This document shows, piece after piece, positions 8,843 to 18,789 of a stretch of 64,000 nt of DNA. Numbering within the stretch: the first letter of the stretch is position 1; the number at the start of each line of letters is the position of its first letter. This DNA is from an uncultured delta proteobacterium (GTDB taxonomy: Bacteria; Desulfobacterota; RBG-13-43-22): assembly GCA_963711835.1 (NCBI GenBank), contig CAVQFQ010000022.1:1-64000 (forward strand), read 5' to 3'. Below the pieces are notes generated by a model. That model ran no database searches, was not told where the DNA came from, and saw only the letters and a list, made by a program, of their open reading frames with translations. Both the position numbers and the translations under genes were made by a program.

Positions 8843-9496
8843 CTAAGTAATCCAGCGTATCATTTTCTTGATATCCTCCCGACTGGATCGAAAATGATTT
8901 AGAGATGCCTCCGGATCAGGGAAACCGACTGCCAGCCCCAGAACGATTCTTTTGTTTTCCGGGATATTTACTTGTTCCCGGATTTCCTCCTCATAAGCCG
9001 TAATTAATCCGATGGGACAGGTCCCCAGGCCCTTGGCTTCTGCGGCCAAGACCAAATATCCCAGGGCCATCCCGACACAGAGCAACCGGGCTTCGGGAAA
9101 AAGGTCATCCAGACAAATCAGGATCGCCAGCGGGGCATCATAAAAACGGCAACTTCCCTCCAGGATATGGGCCCCCAGAGGAATAGGGCTATCCTGGACC
9201 ACCCGGGTCATATCGGAAAAGAGATCCCGTTGCCGCTGAAGCCAGGGTTCGGGAAGAGCTTGGGAGGTCCCGGGTCCGCAGGAAATCTGTTTTTCACGAT
9301 GGGCCTGCACCAGGCGGTCCGAGAGTCTTTTTTTCTCTTTACCCCCGACGACGATGAATTCCCAGGGTTGAATGTTGATGGCCGAAGGGGCCTTCCCCGC
9401 CCACTCCAGTATTTCCTGGATAAGTTCATTGGAAGGCGCTTGAGGTAAGAAAGCGCGGGTGCTTTTTCTGGTCTTAATGGTTTGAAAAAGATCCAT
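8843..9496 (-). CDS. Nitroreductase family protein
   Basis: TRKSTRAF, APSAINIQPWEF, GLGTCPIG, LAVGFPD; AAGGAG RBS before ATG 9496. Confidence 0.92.
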   Translation of the reverse strand: MDLFQTIKTRKSTRAFLPQAPSNELIQEILEWAGKAPSAINIQPWEFIVVGGKEKKRLSDRLVQAHREKQISCGPGTSQALPEPWLQRQRDLFSDMTRVVQDSPIPLGAHILEGSCRFYDAPLAILICLDDLFPEARLLCVGMALGYLVLAAEAKGLGTCPIGLITAYEEEIREQVNIPENKRIVLGLAVGFPDPEASLNHFRSSREDIKKMIRWIT

Positions 9497-9511
9497 ATCC
9501 GGTCTCCTTTT

Positions 9512-9640
9512 AAAAAGCGGGTCTGGCCCGCCTTCAGGCAACAGATCACTAACGTTCAATAGATGAGGCGAGAGTCCTCAAACGAACCCCGCCCTTAATG
9601 ACTCAGCTTTTGAGCGTTACCAAAAGATCTGGTTGAAATT
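9512..9640 (-). ncRNA. Candidate structured leader RNA / attenuator with intrinsic terminator
   Basis: Nested stems CAACCAGAUC/GAUCUGUUG, UAACGCUCAA/UUGAACGUUA, GGGCGGGG/UCUCGCCU (G-U pairs valid only on the minus strand), then GCGGG-CCAGA-CCCGC-UUUUU right before the RBS; TATACT -10 at 9651-9656. Confidence 0.55.
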
Positions 9641-9803
9641 TTCTGATCCGAGTATAATCAAAATCATCATTGAAAAACAAGCCTAACCAAAGAGATTTAA
9701 AACTTTTTCCCAAGTCTTGAATAAATGGTGGGGGGGGCACCGCCACCTGATATTGGAAAGTTAGAGATAAATTCCCGGAATTATTAACCGTCTCATTGCA
9801 GTA

Positions 9804-10021
9804 TTGACTCGGTGAGGCTACATTTTCTTCCGTCTGAGGCTTTCGGGCTGGTCTTTTCTTCGGACTTATCCACGGGGGATGCTTATTCGGCCCCTCCGCA
9901 TTCTCGCCCGCTAAAAATCAGCGGACGAGCTGCGGCTTCCCCCGTTCATAAGTCCGGAAAAGACAGCGCCCTTTCGCTGGACAACTCCAGAAAAGAAGCC
10001 CGCCTCACCTGCCTGGGTCAA
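9804..10021. repeat. ~218-nt nested imperfect palindrome (REP/MITE-like or ncRNA)
   Basis: GGTGAGGC/GCCTCACC outer stem; CTTTTC..CGGACTTAT/ATAAGTCCG-GAAAAG, ACGGGGGA/TCCCCCGT, CCGCA/TGCGG inner stems. Confidence 0.7.
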
Positions 10022-10083
10022 GGAGTTACTATTATGAGACGGTTAATAAGAGTGATAGAATCTATCTTATGGGGAGGAACTGG

Positions 10084-10662
10084 ATGCGAGCGGCCATTTT
10101 TTTGGATCGGGACGGTGTTATAAATGAGGACCGGAAGGATTATGTGAAGCACTGGTCTGAATTTCGCTTTATCAAAGGTTCCCTTGAGGCCCTGCGGCAG
10201 TTCCAAGAGGCCGGAATTCCGGTGGTGATCATTTCCAATCAGTCGGCGATCAGCCGGGGACTGATTACGAAAGAAAAACTCGAAGTCCTGCATGGGCGCA
10301 TGGTGAAAAGGATTCAAAAAAAAGGGGGCTTCCTCAGCGGCATCTACTATTGCCCTCATCATCCCGATGACGGCTGTACCTGCCGAAAGCCTCGAACCGG
10401 GCTCTTAAAAAGGGCGGCTCAGGAGCTGAATCTGGATCTAACCCGAGGGATCTTTATAGGGGACAGCCTGAAGGATATTCAAGCCGGACAGCGGGCCGGA
10501 TGTCTCACGGTTCTTGTTTTAAGCGGTCAAGGCAAGGAGAGCCTAAAGCAGGTCTTCGCCCTGAAATCCTCCATCAGGCCCCATCTGGTGGTTCCCGATC
10601 TCCAGGCCGCGGTTCCTTTGGCTCTGGCCAGGATTCAAGGCGGAGTTCTGAGAACGGTTTAA
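10084..10662 (+). CDS. gmhB: D,D-heptose 1,7-bisphosphate phosphatase
   Basis: FLDRDGVIN, SNQS, CPHHPDDGCTCRKP, IGD motifs. Confidence 0.9.
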   Translation: MRAAIFLDRDGVINEDRKDYVKHWSEFRFIKGSLEALRQFQEAGIPVVIISNQSAISRGLITKEKLEVLHGRMVKRIQKKGGFLSGIYYCPHHPDDGCTCRKPRTGLLKRAAQELNLDLTRGIFIGDSLKDIQAGQRAGCLTVLVLSGQGKESLKQVFALKSSIRPHLVVPDLQAAVPLALARIQGGVLRTV

Positions 10663-10674
10663 GGCGCTCCTGTT

Positions 10675-12654
10675 TTAGCCTTCCTGGGGCTTTGGGCTTT
10701 GCTCCCATTCTATCTCTTTGACCATCATCCCCAGGTCTCGATCATCCTGACTGAGACCCAACTCCTTCATATTCAGGGTATAGCGCGTTTTAAAATAAAT
10801 AAGCCCGACCGTGCCTTGGGGCCGGACGGCGGGTATCCGCAATTGGACCCACTGCCGGTCGTTTATGCGTATCCGGTATTCTTTCCCCGAAAACCAGATA
10901 AGGACCTCTTGCGGGTTTTTCTCAATGCCGGGCAGGGGGGCGGACAGGAATAGCCGGAAGGCCCGGCCGTCAATCCGGACCGCGGTCACCCCTTTTCTCC
11001 CCAACCATTGGATCCGTTCACCATTGCGAGCGGATTCCCACTGGTAAAAGCCGGCCTGAAAACTTGGACTGATCGGTCGGGCCACGATACCGCGGAGATG
11101 AAAAAGGAAGACCGTCAGAAGAAGGAGCAGGGACAGGATAATCCATTTGGGCCGGAAGCGAATGGCACCCGCCGGATCGCCTGCCAGACCCACCAGGATG
11201 CCGAGCAGGATCCAGAAATAGTTTTCCATGGACCGCAGATCAAAAGTCAAATGGTGAAAGAAGCCCAGGAGCAGCCAGGTCAGGAGCGAAAGCAAGACCA
11301 TGGCCGTGCTTTGTTTCCTTGGCCAGGAAGGATCCCTTCGGATTACCCGCAGGGCCGAAAAGATAATCAGGATCACCAAAACCATCCAGGAGGCCAATCC
11401 AACCAGACCTTGGTCGGCCAGGGTTTGAAGGTAAATGGAATGGGCATCGCCCCGTTTGGAATCCACCAGGTCCCAGAAGGCAGGACCTCCCTGATAGAAA
11501 TCCGGGAAAAAATAAGAAAACTGGCCCAAGCCAACTCCTAAGAGGGGAAAGGCGGTAAACATTTTCCAGGCCGCCTCTACGAGTAAGGGGCGGATATCCG
11601 GAATCCGGTTTAGAAAAAGCAGGCGTTCGATAAATTTATTATCCAGAAAAAGCCAATCCAAGAGGAACAATCCGCCGATGAAAAGAAAGGGGATCAGGAG
11701 ATAGACGAGTACCTTTCCCTGTTTGGGGGCGGAAAGCCGCTCATAACCGACAAAGAGGACTAACTGGGAAAAAAGGACCAGATAGACGGAGCGCTGGGTG
11801 CTGGCAGCCAGGGAGAAAAGGAAGAGGGCCACCAGGCAGGAATAAACGAGAAAGGATAAGCGGGAGGGTTGGCCCCGGAGTTTTAAAAAAAAATAAAAAC
11901 AGAAGGGAAGACTCACTAAAAGGTATTGGGCAAAATATTGGCGGTTAAAGGCAAAGGCCGTAATGGCCTGTTCATGCTGGCCGACCAGGGACAGGCTTAA
12001 AAAATGACTGCCTCGAGGCAGGATATTGAATAATAAGAGAATTCCCGCAAGAGAAACGATCCCGGCCAAAATGACCGCAGCCCGAAAAAGATCTTCCAGA
12101 AATTCCACCCCGCCATCCTCGATAAAATTGAGGACCACATAAAAAAGGGCCAGTCCGCTTACCAGGTTGGTTAGAAGTCGGAAATAATAAAGCGGTTGAT
12201 TGGGGTTTCCAAAGAGCCATTGCAGGAAAGCGTTTTCCGGAGAATTGGCCCAAAGGCCATAAATCAATTCTTTGGAGTTGAGAGGAAGGCTCATCAAGGC
12301 CGAAAGAATTAAAAAAAGAACAGGACCTTTCAAGGGCAGGGCCAATTTTTTCTTTTTTACATAAAAGTGGACGGCCGCCGAGGCTAAAACGCCGTAGACG
12401 AAAATATCCAAGAGGAAGATAAAGGGCTTATTGGAACCTCCGAGAAAAAAAGGAAGAACCAAGACTAAAAAAGAAATCCCGTTCAGAGGATGGAGGGAGG
12501 TCAGTCCGGCAAAAAAAGCGATCCCCAGGAAGGCCGTCCAGAATTCAGAAAGGGAAAACAGCGCTGCTCCTATGGCCAGAATGACGAAAAAGCCCAGGGT
12601 CCAAAGGGGATTGAGACAATGGGAGGTTTTAAAATAAGGGGAATGGAAGACCAT
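10675..12654 (-). CDS. O-antigen ligase / O-oligosaccharyltransferase family membrane protein
   Basis: Many TM segments; STQRS, PLLGVGLGQF, AHSIYLQTLADQGLVG Wzy_C motifs; soluble C-terminal extension. Confidence 0.85.
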   Translation of the reverse strand: MVFHSPYFKTSHCLNPLWTLGFFVILAIGAALFSLSEFWTAFLGIAFFAGLTSLHPLNGISFLVLVLPFFLGGSNKPFIFLLDIFVYGVLASAAVHFYVKKKKLALPLKGPVLFLILSALMSLPLNSKELIYGLWANSPENAFLQWLFGNPNQPLYYFRLLTNLVSGLALFYVVLNFIEDGGVEFLEDLFRAAVILAGIVSLAGILLLFNILPRGSHFLSLSLVGQHEQAITAFAFNRQYFAQYLLVSLPFCFYFFLKLRGQPSRLSFLVYSCLVALFLFSLAASTQRSVYLVLFSQLVLFVGYERLSAPKQGKVLVYLLIPFLFIGGLFLLDWLFLDNKFIERLLFLNRIPDIRPLLVEAAWKMFTAFPLLGVGLGQFSYFFPDFYQGGPAFWDLVDSKRGDAHSIYLQTLADQGLVGLASWMVLVILIIFSALRVIRRDPSWPRKQSTAMVLLSLLTWLLLGFFHHLTFDLRSMENYFWILLGILVGLAGDPAGAIRFRPKWIILSLLLLLTVFLFHLRGIVARPISPSFQAGFYQWESARNGERIQWLGRKGVTAVRIDGRAFRLFLSAPLPGIEKNPQEVLIWFSGKEYRIRINDRQWVQLRIPAVRPQGTVGLIYFKTRYTLNMKELGLSQDDRDLGMMVKEIEWEQSPKPQEG

Positions 12655-12696
12655 GCCTTATTATACACCGGGAGGGATATTTTTAAAAGGATTTCC

Positions 12697-14106
12697 TTAG
12701 GTTGTAGGAGGAGGGCCGGGAAGGGGTGAGGGATCGTTAGGTAATCCCCGGCAAAACTCATTGGACAAAAGGGTTACCAGACGGCTTGTTCCGGGGGGAA
12801 TGTTTATCCGGTTCTGGGACCAACTGATCTGCATTGACCCCAGGGGTCCCTGGTCACCGGTGAGCCTGAAAGCCAAGGTCACCTCTCCGGCGGAAGAAGG
12901 CTCTTGATGATCGAGAGAAACCCAGGTCAGGGGAGGATGGGAGGAATTTTCGGATTGGAAGACCGCCCGGGTGAATTCCAAGTCGGCAAATAATTCTTGG
13001 ACCAGATCCCAGCGTCCCTCCAAGGTCGACACTTTGTCGAAACTGCGGGCGATTTGCCGGGTCCGAAAAGAAATATAACGGACCTGTTGGGAGTTTTGCA
13101 GGCCCTGGCGAACAGCTACCAGCAGGCGGGAAAAGCGGAAGTAGCCCAGGAGGCGGGATCCCAGAATCAAGGCCAGACCTAAAAAAACAACGATAAGGGC
13201 CGCCAGGGAGTTTCGGGTTACCAGAAGGATCCCGGCCAGGGCCACTAAAAAAATATTCACCCCATAGAGTAAAAGTACGGTTGGGCGCTGTGAAAGTCCC
13301 ATTTCAAGCAGCTTATGATGGATATGCTCCCGGTCGGCTTCTTTGATCGGCAGACCTCGAGACCAGCGGCGCAGGACGGCATAAATCATATCGGCCAGGG
13401 GCAGGCCCAGGGTGACGATGGGGATCAAAATGGCAAAGGTGATGGTGCTTTTTTCAGAAGCCCAGAGAGAGAGACCTCCCAGACAAAAGCCCAGCAAGAG
13501 GCTTCCGGAATCCCCCAGGAAGATGGTGGCCGGGTAGAAATTATAACGCAGGAAACCCAAGGCAGCCCCGGCCAAGGCTACGGCGATAAAAGCCACCAGC
13601 GGATGGGCGGTTGCAAAGGTCATGAAAAAAAGGATCATGGCGGCAAAAGTCACTATCCCGGCAGCCAATCCATCTATCCCGTCCGCCAGATTAATGGCAT
13701 TGGTGACGGCCACCAGCCACAAAATGGTGGCCGGGCCGCTCAACCAGGCCAGATTGAGCTGAAATCCGAAAGGATTGGTTACCAGATCGATTTTCAGGCC
13801 GAAGGCAAAGGCTACGGCTCCGGCAATACACTCGACCGCTAATTTGGGGCCGGGGGAAAGCCGGAAGAGGTCATCCCAAATACCAACTCCAAAAACAATC
13901 AGGCATCCCAGGGCCAGACCCAGAAAAGGGAGCCAGGATTCCGAGATGGTTTGGGCCATAAGAGGGGGGGCCACCAAAAAGAGACTGAAGGGCAGCAGGG
14001 TGGCAATAAAAATGGAGACCCCGCCTAAACGAGGGATTTCTCCCTGGTGAATTTTCCGCAGGTTGGGACGGTCCAGGATTCCGAAACGGATTCCAAAGGC
14101 CCGCAC
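12697..14106 (-). CDS. Undecaprenyl-phosphate GlcNAc-1-P transferase (WecA/TagO, MraY family); true 5' end probably ~14169
   Basis: IPRLGG, WDD, NAINLADGIDGLA, IFLGDSGS, DREHIHH. Confidence 0.9.
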   Translation of the reverse strand: MRAFGIRFGILDRPNLRKIHQGEIPRLGGVSIFIATLLPFSLFLVAPPLMAQTISESWLPFLGLALGCLIVFGVGIWDDLFRLSPGPKLAVECIAGAVAFAFGLKIDLVTNPFGFQLNLAWLSGPATILWLVAVTNAINLADGIDGLAAGIVTFAAMILFFMTFATAHPLVAFIAVALAGAALGFLRYNFYPATIFLGDSGSLLLGFCLGGLSLWASEKSTITFAILIPIVTLGLPLADMIYAVLRRWSRGLPIKEADREHIHHKLLEMGLSQRPTVLLLYGVNIFLVALAGILLVTRNSLAALIVVFLGLALILGSRLLGYFRFSRLLVAVRQGLQNSQQVRYISFRTRQIARSFDKVSTLEGRWDLVQELFADLEFTRAVFQSENSSHPPLTWVSLDHQEPSSAGEVTLAFRLTGDQGPLGSMQISWSQNRINIPPGTSRLVTLLSNEFCRGLPNDPSPLPGPPPTT

Positions 14107-14251
14107 CCAGGGGGTCAGGAAGAGGGCCGCCAGCAGAGAAATGGAAAAAAAAAGAAAATAGGTTTTTAGGTCTTCAAAAAGGATTAAGATAACAGCCTCT
14201 TTCCCTCGAGTTAGCGCTCACGTTTTATCCGACGTCGAGCGGGTCTCTTCT

Positions 14252-15013
14252 TTAGACAATAAAAGCCTCCTGGCGCAAACGCCGGTAGACCGGTGAAAGA
14301 AAAAACCGTCCCAGGCTCCTCAGATGTCGGAGTAGATAAAGCGGCCGATGATGGCTGCTCCGGCGGGCCTCATGGAAAATACAAACCTCCGGATCCAGAA
14401 GGACCCGGTAGCCCTTGAGCTTTATGCGGGCGCACAAATCCGCATCCTCAAGGTAAAGAAAATATTTTTCGTCAAATCCCTGCAAAGATTGGTACAGGGG
14501 ACTCGGAAACAGGAGGAAAATACCGGCCAGCCAGTCCACCGACAGGGGTTGGGAGGCCGGGGCATATTCGTTCTTTTCGGAGAAAGGCAGGAGGCGACGG
14601 ATGATTCGACCGGGGGAAGGGAAGCGACGGGCATTGTCGCAAAGACGGTTTTGCAGATCCCTAATGAGAGGGGAAATCACCCCGATGGATTTATCTTCTT
14701 TCAGTTTATCCAAAAGGACGGGGAACGGATTTTGAGCCATCCGGGTATCAGGGTTTAGGATGCAGAAGAAATCCCCGCCGGCCCTGTGAAAGGCCGCATT
14801 ATGATTGGCAGCGAAGCCCCGAGGCCGGGCATTCAATAGGATTACAAAATCAAAGGAATAGTCCTTTTCCGTAAAAGTGAGGGGTTCCGGCTTATTTAAG
14901 GTAAGCAGCACGGTAAGATTCGTGCCTTGACAGTGTTCCTGAATATCCGACAAAAGGCCTTTGACCCATTCCCCCTGAAGATGGCTGACTATGGAGATTA
15001 TGATTGAATTCAA
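14252..15013 (-). CDS. Glycosyltransferase family 2 (WbbL/rhamnosyltransferase-like)
   Basis: GFAANHN, LNPD, GFDEKYFLYLEDADLC. Confidence 0.88.
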   Translation of the reverse strand: MNSIIISIVSHLQGEWVKGLLSDIQEHCQGTNLTVLLTLNKPEPLTFTEKDYSFDFVILLNARPRGFAANHNAAFHRAGGDFFCILNPDTRMAQNPFPVLLDKLKEDKSIGVISPLIRDLQNRLCDNARRFPSPGRIIRRLLPFSEKNEYAPASQPLSVDWLAGIFLLFPSPLYQSLQGFDEKYFLYLEDADLCARIKLKGYRVLLDPEVCIFHEARRSSHHRPLYLLRHLRSLGRFFLSPVYRRLRQEAFIV

Positions 15014-15202
15014 GGAGTCCGCTGGGAATAAAAATATGCTGGCGTTATCACAGCACTTGTATAGCGCTCAGGGGCGGCCCTGTCAAACACTTTCGCGGAT
15101 TATCCCCAGGCAAGCCGAGTCGCTGCCCGGACCGGCGCAGCTTTGGATACAGCCTCTTCCCCACTACGCAGGGGAAGGTACAGCTAACGGGTTATAAAAT
15201 TT

Positions 15203-16225
15203 TTAATGTTGAGAACGGCCTCGAAGAGAATTGGACCAGGCCACCTGATACGGTCTTATCCAGCCATGGTCCAGGATGCGGGAAATTTCGGAAGGATGTA
15301 CCTTTAACAGCTGTTGAATCCGGGTACGCTTTCTTAATACGGCTTTCAGGGCTCGCAGGGCATCGCCTTTGGCTCGCCAAATTACCGGCCCCTGGCCTCG
15401 GGACAAAAACCAGAGGAACGAAAGGCCGTTAGCCAGGATGTGGGCCGGCAGATACCTCCCCAAAAGAGGCCGGGGCATATTTTTCAGAAAAGTCCAAATC
15501 AGATTGCGGTGTCCGTGATAGAGGGCGAAATCGCTGGCCAGTCCGAGGCTGAAGGATCCCAGATGTTCGGCCCGGGCCCGGGGGACATAAAGACAGCGAT
15601 GGCCGGCCAGGCGCAGGCGAAAGGAGAGATCCACATCTTCATGATAACAAAAATAGTCTTCATCAAATCCGCCCAATTCCCTAAAAATGGTTTTAGGGAA
15701 GAGAGCGGCTGCGGCACAGGCACCAAAGACCTCCGAGGCTTCCTGAGGTTCAAGGGTCGCCCGCGCACCGTGTCCGCGACGCCAGGCCAGCCCGCTGATA
15801 TGGTAGACATCCCCCATACCGTCAATCCGATCCGGTTGGAGACCCATCAGCAGGCAAGAAGTGAAAAAACTGAATTCGGGATTTTTCTCGGAAGCGGCCA
15901 GTAGTTCTTCCAGCCATTCAGGAGCGGGAAAGGCGTCATTATTGACTAAGGCCAGCCACTTTCCTTGAGCGATCCGGGCCCCGTGATTATTGGCCAGGGC
16001 GAACCCGCGGTTGGCTGGGAGTTTTTCCAGGTGAATCCCGGGCCATTTTTTCCCCAATAAATCTACCGACCCGTCGCCGGATCCATTATCCACTACGATG
16101 ATCTCAAAATCCTGGAAAGTCTGGGCGGATAAGGAGGTCAGGCACCGATCAAGCACCTTGATCCCATTCCAGTTCACAACGACAACGGAAACGAGGGGGA
16201 CAGGCGCATAGGGACCTTTGGTCAT
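15203..16225 (-). CDS. Glycosyltransferase family 2
   Basis: VVVNWNG, VVDNGSGDGS, NND, GGFDEDYFCYHEDVDLSFR. Confidence 0.9.
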   Translation of the reverse strand: MTKGPYAPVPLVSVVVVNWNGIKVLDRCLTSLSAQTFQDFEIIVVDNGSGDGSVDLLGKKWPGIHLEKLPANRGFALANNHGARIAQGKWLALVNNDAFPAPEWLEELLAASEKNPEFSFFTSCLLMGLQPDRIDGMGDVYHISGLAWRRGHGARATLEPQEASEVFGACAAAALFPKTIFRELGGFDEDYFCYHEDVDLSFRLRLAGHRCLYVPRARAEHLGSFSLGLASDFALYHGHRNLIWTFLKNMPRPLLGRYLPAHILANGLSFLWFLSRGQGPVIWRAKGDALRALKAVLRKRTRIQQLLKVHPSEISRILDHGWIRPYQVAWSNSLRGRSQH

Positions 16226-16256
16226 AGGTTGGGGATTGTAAATCAGGGTTAAAGGG

Positions 16257-18692
16257 TTAGGTCCGGTTCGCTTCTTTCAGCGGACCTTCCTCTTCCTTTT
16301 CCTTTCCGCCCGCCTCCCGGAAGATGGCGTTTAACTCCTTTAATTTGTTTTCTATCAGGAAATTAAGACTGTTTTTAGGATACGAACCGTCCTTTTTCTT
16401 TTTACCCATTTTCTTTCCGGTTAAAATCTCCAGACCCTGCTCCACATGGTTGATCGGAAAGATATGAAACCGGCCTTCCTCTACGGTCTTGACCAGCTCT
16501 TTTTTAAGCATCAGGTCCTTCACGTTGCTTTCCGGGATCAAGACCCCCTGCCGGCCGGTCAACCCCTTGGCTTTGCAGACTTCGAAAAAGCCTTCAATCT
16601 TTTGGTTTACCCCGCCGATCGGCTGGATATCTCCCTTTTGACTGAGCGATCCGGTGACGGCTATCCCCTGGAAGAGGGGTACTTGGGCCAAGGCGGAGAG
16701 AAGGGCCATCAATTCCGCACCCGAGGCGCTGTCTCCATCAACCAGGCCGTAATTCTGTTCGAAGGTCAAACTGGCCGAAAGGCTTAACGGTTTATCCTGG
16801 GCATATTTTCCTTTTAAATAGCCGCTTAAAATCATAACCCCTTTGGTATGGATGTTCCCGCTTAATTTCGCTTCCCGCTCAATATCGATCACCCCCTCTT
16901 TCCCCAGAGAAACATTGGCGGTGATACGGGTAGGACTGCCGAACAGGTAATCGCCTAAGGGATAGACCGAGAGGCCGTTGATTTGGCCTGTTTTATAGCC
17001 TTGGGATTCGATTCGTAACATCCCTAAAGAAATCATTTCTCGGAGTTTCTCCTCATACAAATTGGAGCGAAAGATTTTTTCCTCAATGGCCTTTTCAACG
17101 TGCTGGGCCATGATGGCCAGAGCCTGCTCCTGCTCTGCCCAATAGCAGGCCTCCTGGATCAAGTCATTTATTTCAGCCAGCTTTAAAGAGAGCTTAAAAT
17201 TGCGGCCGGTCAGTTCGGAGCTGTATTCAAGCAGGCGGGCCGCTCCGCTTTTATGGAGCGGCAGCAAATCGCCTTCGCGGCAGCAGCGACCCATATAATG
17301 GAGGTAATCCAGGGGCGGTAAATCCTGCCAGTCCATTTGGTCGTCCAATTGGGCCTTGATTTTGAACATTTTTACGAAATCAGGCTCATAGAAATAGAGC
17401 AATTGATAGAGATAGGGGTCCCCAATCAAAACGATTTTGATCTGTAAGGGAATGGGTTCCGGTTTTAAGGTCTTGGTGCTGATCAGACCCAATTGCTCGC
17501 CCAGGTCCTCGATCAGGATCTGCTTGTTTTTCAAGGATCGTTTGAGGCCTTCCCAGGAAAAATACCAGCGCAACAAATCCAAGGCCTTCATGATCAAATA
17601 GCCGCCGTTGGCCCGGTGCAGGGAACCGGGTCGAATCATGGTAAAATCGGTAAAGAGCGCCCCGAATTGGGCTTTTCGTTCAATAGACCCGAAGAGATTG
17701 GGATGGGTGGGATTTGTTTCATAGATCACCGGGGCCCCCTGGGTTTCGGAATGATCCACCAGAACATTTACCTCGTAGCGGGCAAAGGAGGGTTCCATGG
17801 CCGGGATCGGAAAAGGGCTCTGGGGAACCGGTTTGGCCTTAAATTCATCAATATTCAGGATAATATCATCTTTAATCGCCGTTAAATAGGTTAAGACCTG
17901 AGCAAAGGCATTATATTTTTCCTGCAGTTCCTCAATCAGGTGACCCACGGCATAAAGGGCGATCCGTTTGTCCAATTCCTTCAGTTTTTTCCTGAGGTCT
18001 TTCTCCAGGGTTCGAATTTTCCGAACCACCTGATTCATTTCCACCTGCAGTTGTTCGCTTGTTTCCCGAAGCCGCTTTTTGGTTTCCTCATCCAGGGACC
18101 TCAGGGTCTCCTCATCCATGGGTTGACCCTCTTTGGCCGGCATAATCACCATGCCTACCTGGCTGACATTTAATACAAAGCCTTCTCGAAGAACTCTTTC
18201 TTCCAGAGCGGCCAGGCCTTGCGTTCTTTCCAGGTTGAACTGCTTTAAAATTTCTTCCCGGCGCTGGGCGTAATCTTCGCTTTCAAAGATATCCGGTATC
18301 TCGGTTCGTACTGTGCCGATGAGCTCATCAATATCTTTTTTTAATTCCTTGCCTCGTCCCCGGGGCAAAGCCAGTGCTTTGGGTTGGTCGGGCTGTTTGA
18401 AATTGTTGACATAACACCAGTCCGAAGGCGATTCATTTTTTTGGGCCGCCGCATCAATCAGCGATCGGGTGATATAGGTCATCCCGGTTTTCGAAGGCCC
18501 GGCAACAAAAATATTGTAGTCCAGTCTGCCCGTTATGCCCACACCGAAATCAATCGCCCGGACCGCCCTTTCTTGGGAAATTACTTTAGCCGGGCCGGTC
18601 CCTAATTCAGCGGTCGTTTCAAAACCCAAAGTATCCGGATTACAGGTTCGGCGAAGTTCTTCCGGTTTCAATTCTTTCACAGATGACGGCAT
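16257..18692 (-). CDS. Lon-like protease (LonC/YcbZ type, AAA-like + S16 domain)
   Basis: QERAVRAIDFG, RPGSLHRANGGYL, VDGDSASGAE (catalytic Ser), IGGVNQKIEGFF (Lys). Confidence 0.9.
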   Translation of the reverse strand: MPSSVKELKPEELRRTCNPDTLGFETTAELGTGPAKVISQERAVRAIDFGVGITGRLDYNIFVAGPSKTGMTYITRSLIDAAAQKNESPSDWCYVNNFKQPDQPKALALPRGRGKELKKDIDELIGTVRTEIPDIFESEDYAQRREEILKQFNLERTQGLAALEERVLREGFVLNVSQVGMVIMPAKEGQPMDEETLRSLDEETKKRLRETSEQLQVEMNQVVRKIRTLEKDLRKKLKELDKRIALYAVGHLIEELQEKYNAFAQVLTYLTAIKDDIILNIDEFKAKPVPQSPFPIPAMEPSFARYEVNVLVDHSETQGAPVIYETNPTHPNLFGSIERKAQFGALFTDFTMIRPGSLHRANGGYLIMKALDLLRWYFSWEGLKRSLKNKQILIEDLGEQLGLISTKTLKPEPIPLQIKIVLIGDPYLYQLLYFYEPDFVKMFKIKAQLDDQMDWQDLPPLDYLHYMGRCCREGDLLPLHKSGAARLLEYSSELTGRNFKLSLKLAEINDLIQEACYWAEQEQALAIMAQHVEKAIEEKIFRSNLYEEKLREMISLGMLRIESQGYKTGQINGLSVYPLGDYLFGSPTRITANVSLGKEGVIDIEREAKLSGNIHTKGVMILSGYLKGKYAQDKPLSLSASLTFEQNYGLVDGDSASGAELMALLSALAQVPLFQGIAVTGSLSQKGDIQPIGGVNQKIEGFFEVCKAKGLTGRQGVLIPESNVKDLMLKKELVKTVEEGRFHIFPINHVEQGLEILTGKKMGKKKKDGSYPKNSLNFLIENKLKELNAIFREAGGKEKEEEGPLKEANRT

Positions 18693-18789
18693 ATGACTCC
18701 TCCCTCAGACAGCGTTGGACCTAACTGGTTCCTGTCATAGCACAGGATTCTTTTGCATTTCAAGGGATTCTTAAAAAATAAAATGGGTT

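Noticed and set aside
9560-9608. Fluoride-riboswitch-like words on the plus strand (GAGTC...TAATGACTC)
   Set aside because: Lacks the conserved GAUG and P3 stem, no downstream gene in range, and G-U pairs favour the minus strand
9540-9625. TPP-riboswitch-like words (GCUGAG, UUGAAC, UGAUCUG) in the nitroreductase leader
   Set aside because: P2 and the P5/UAAU..GCG..GGGA elements are missing, so it is not called TPP
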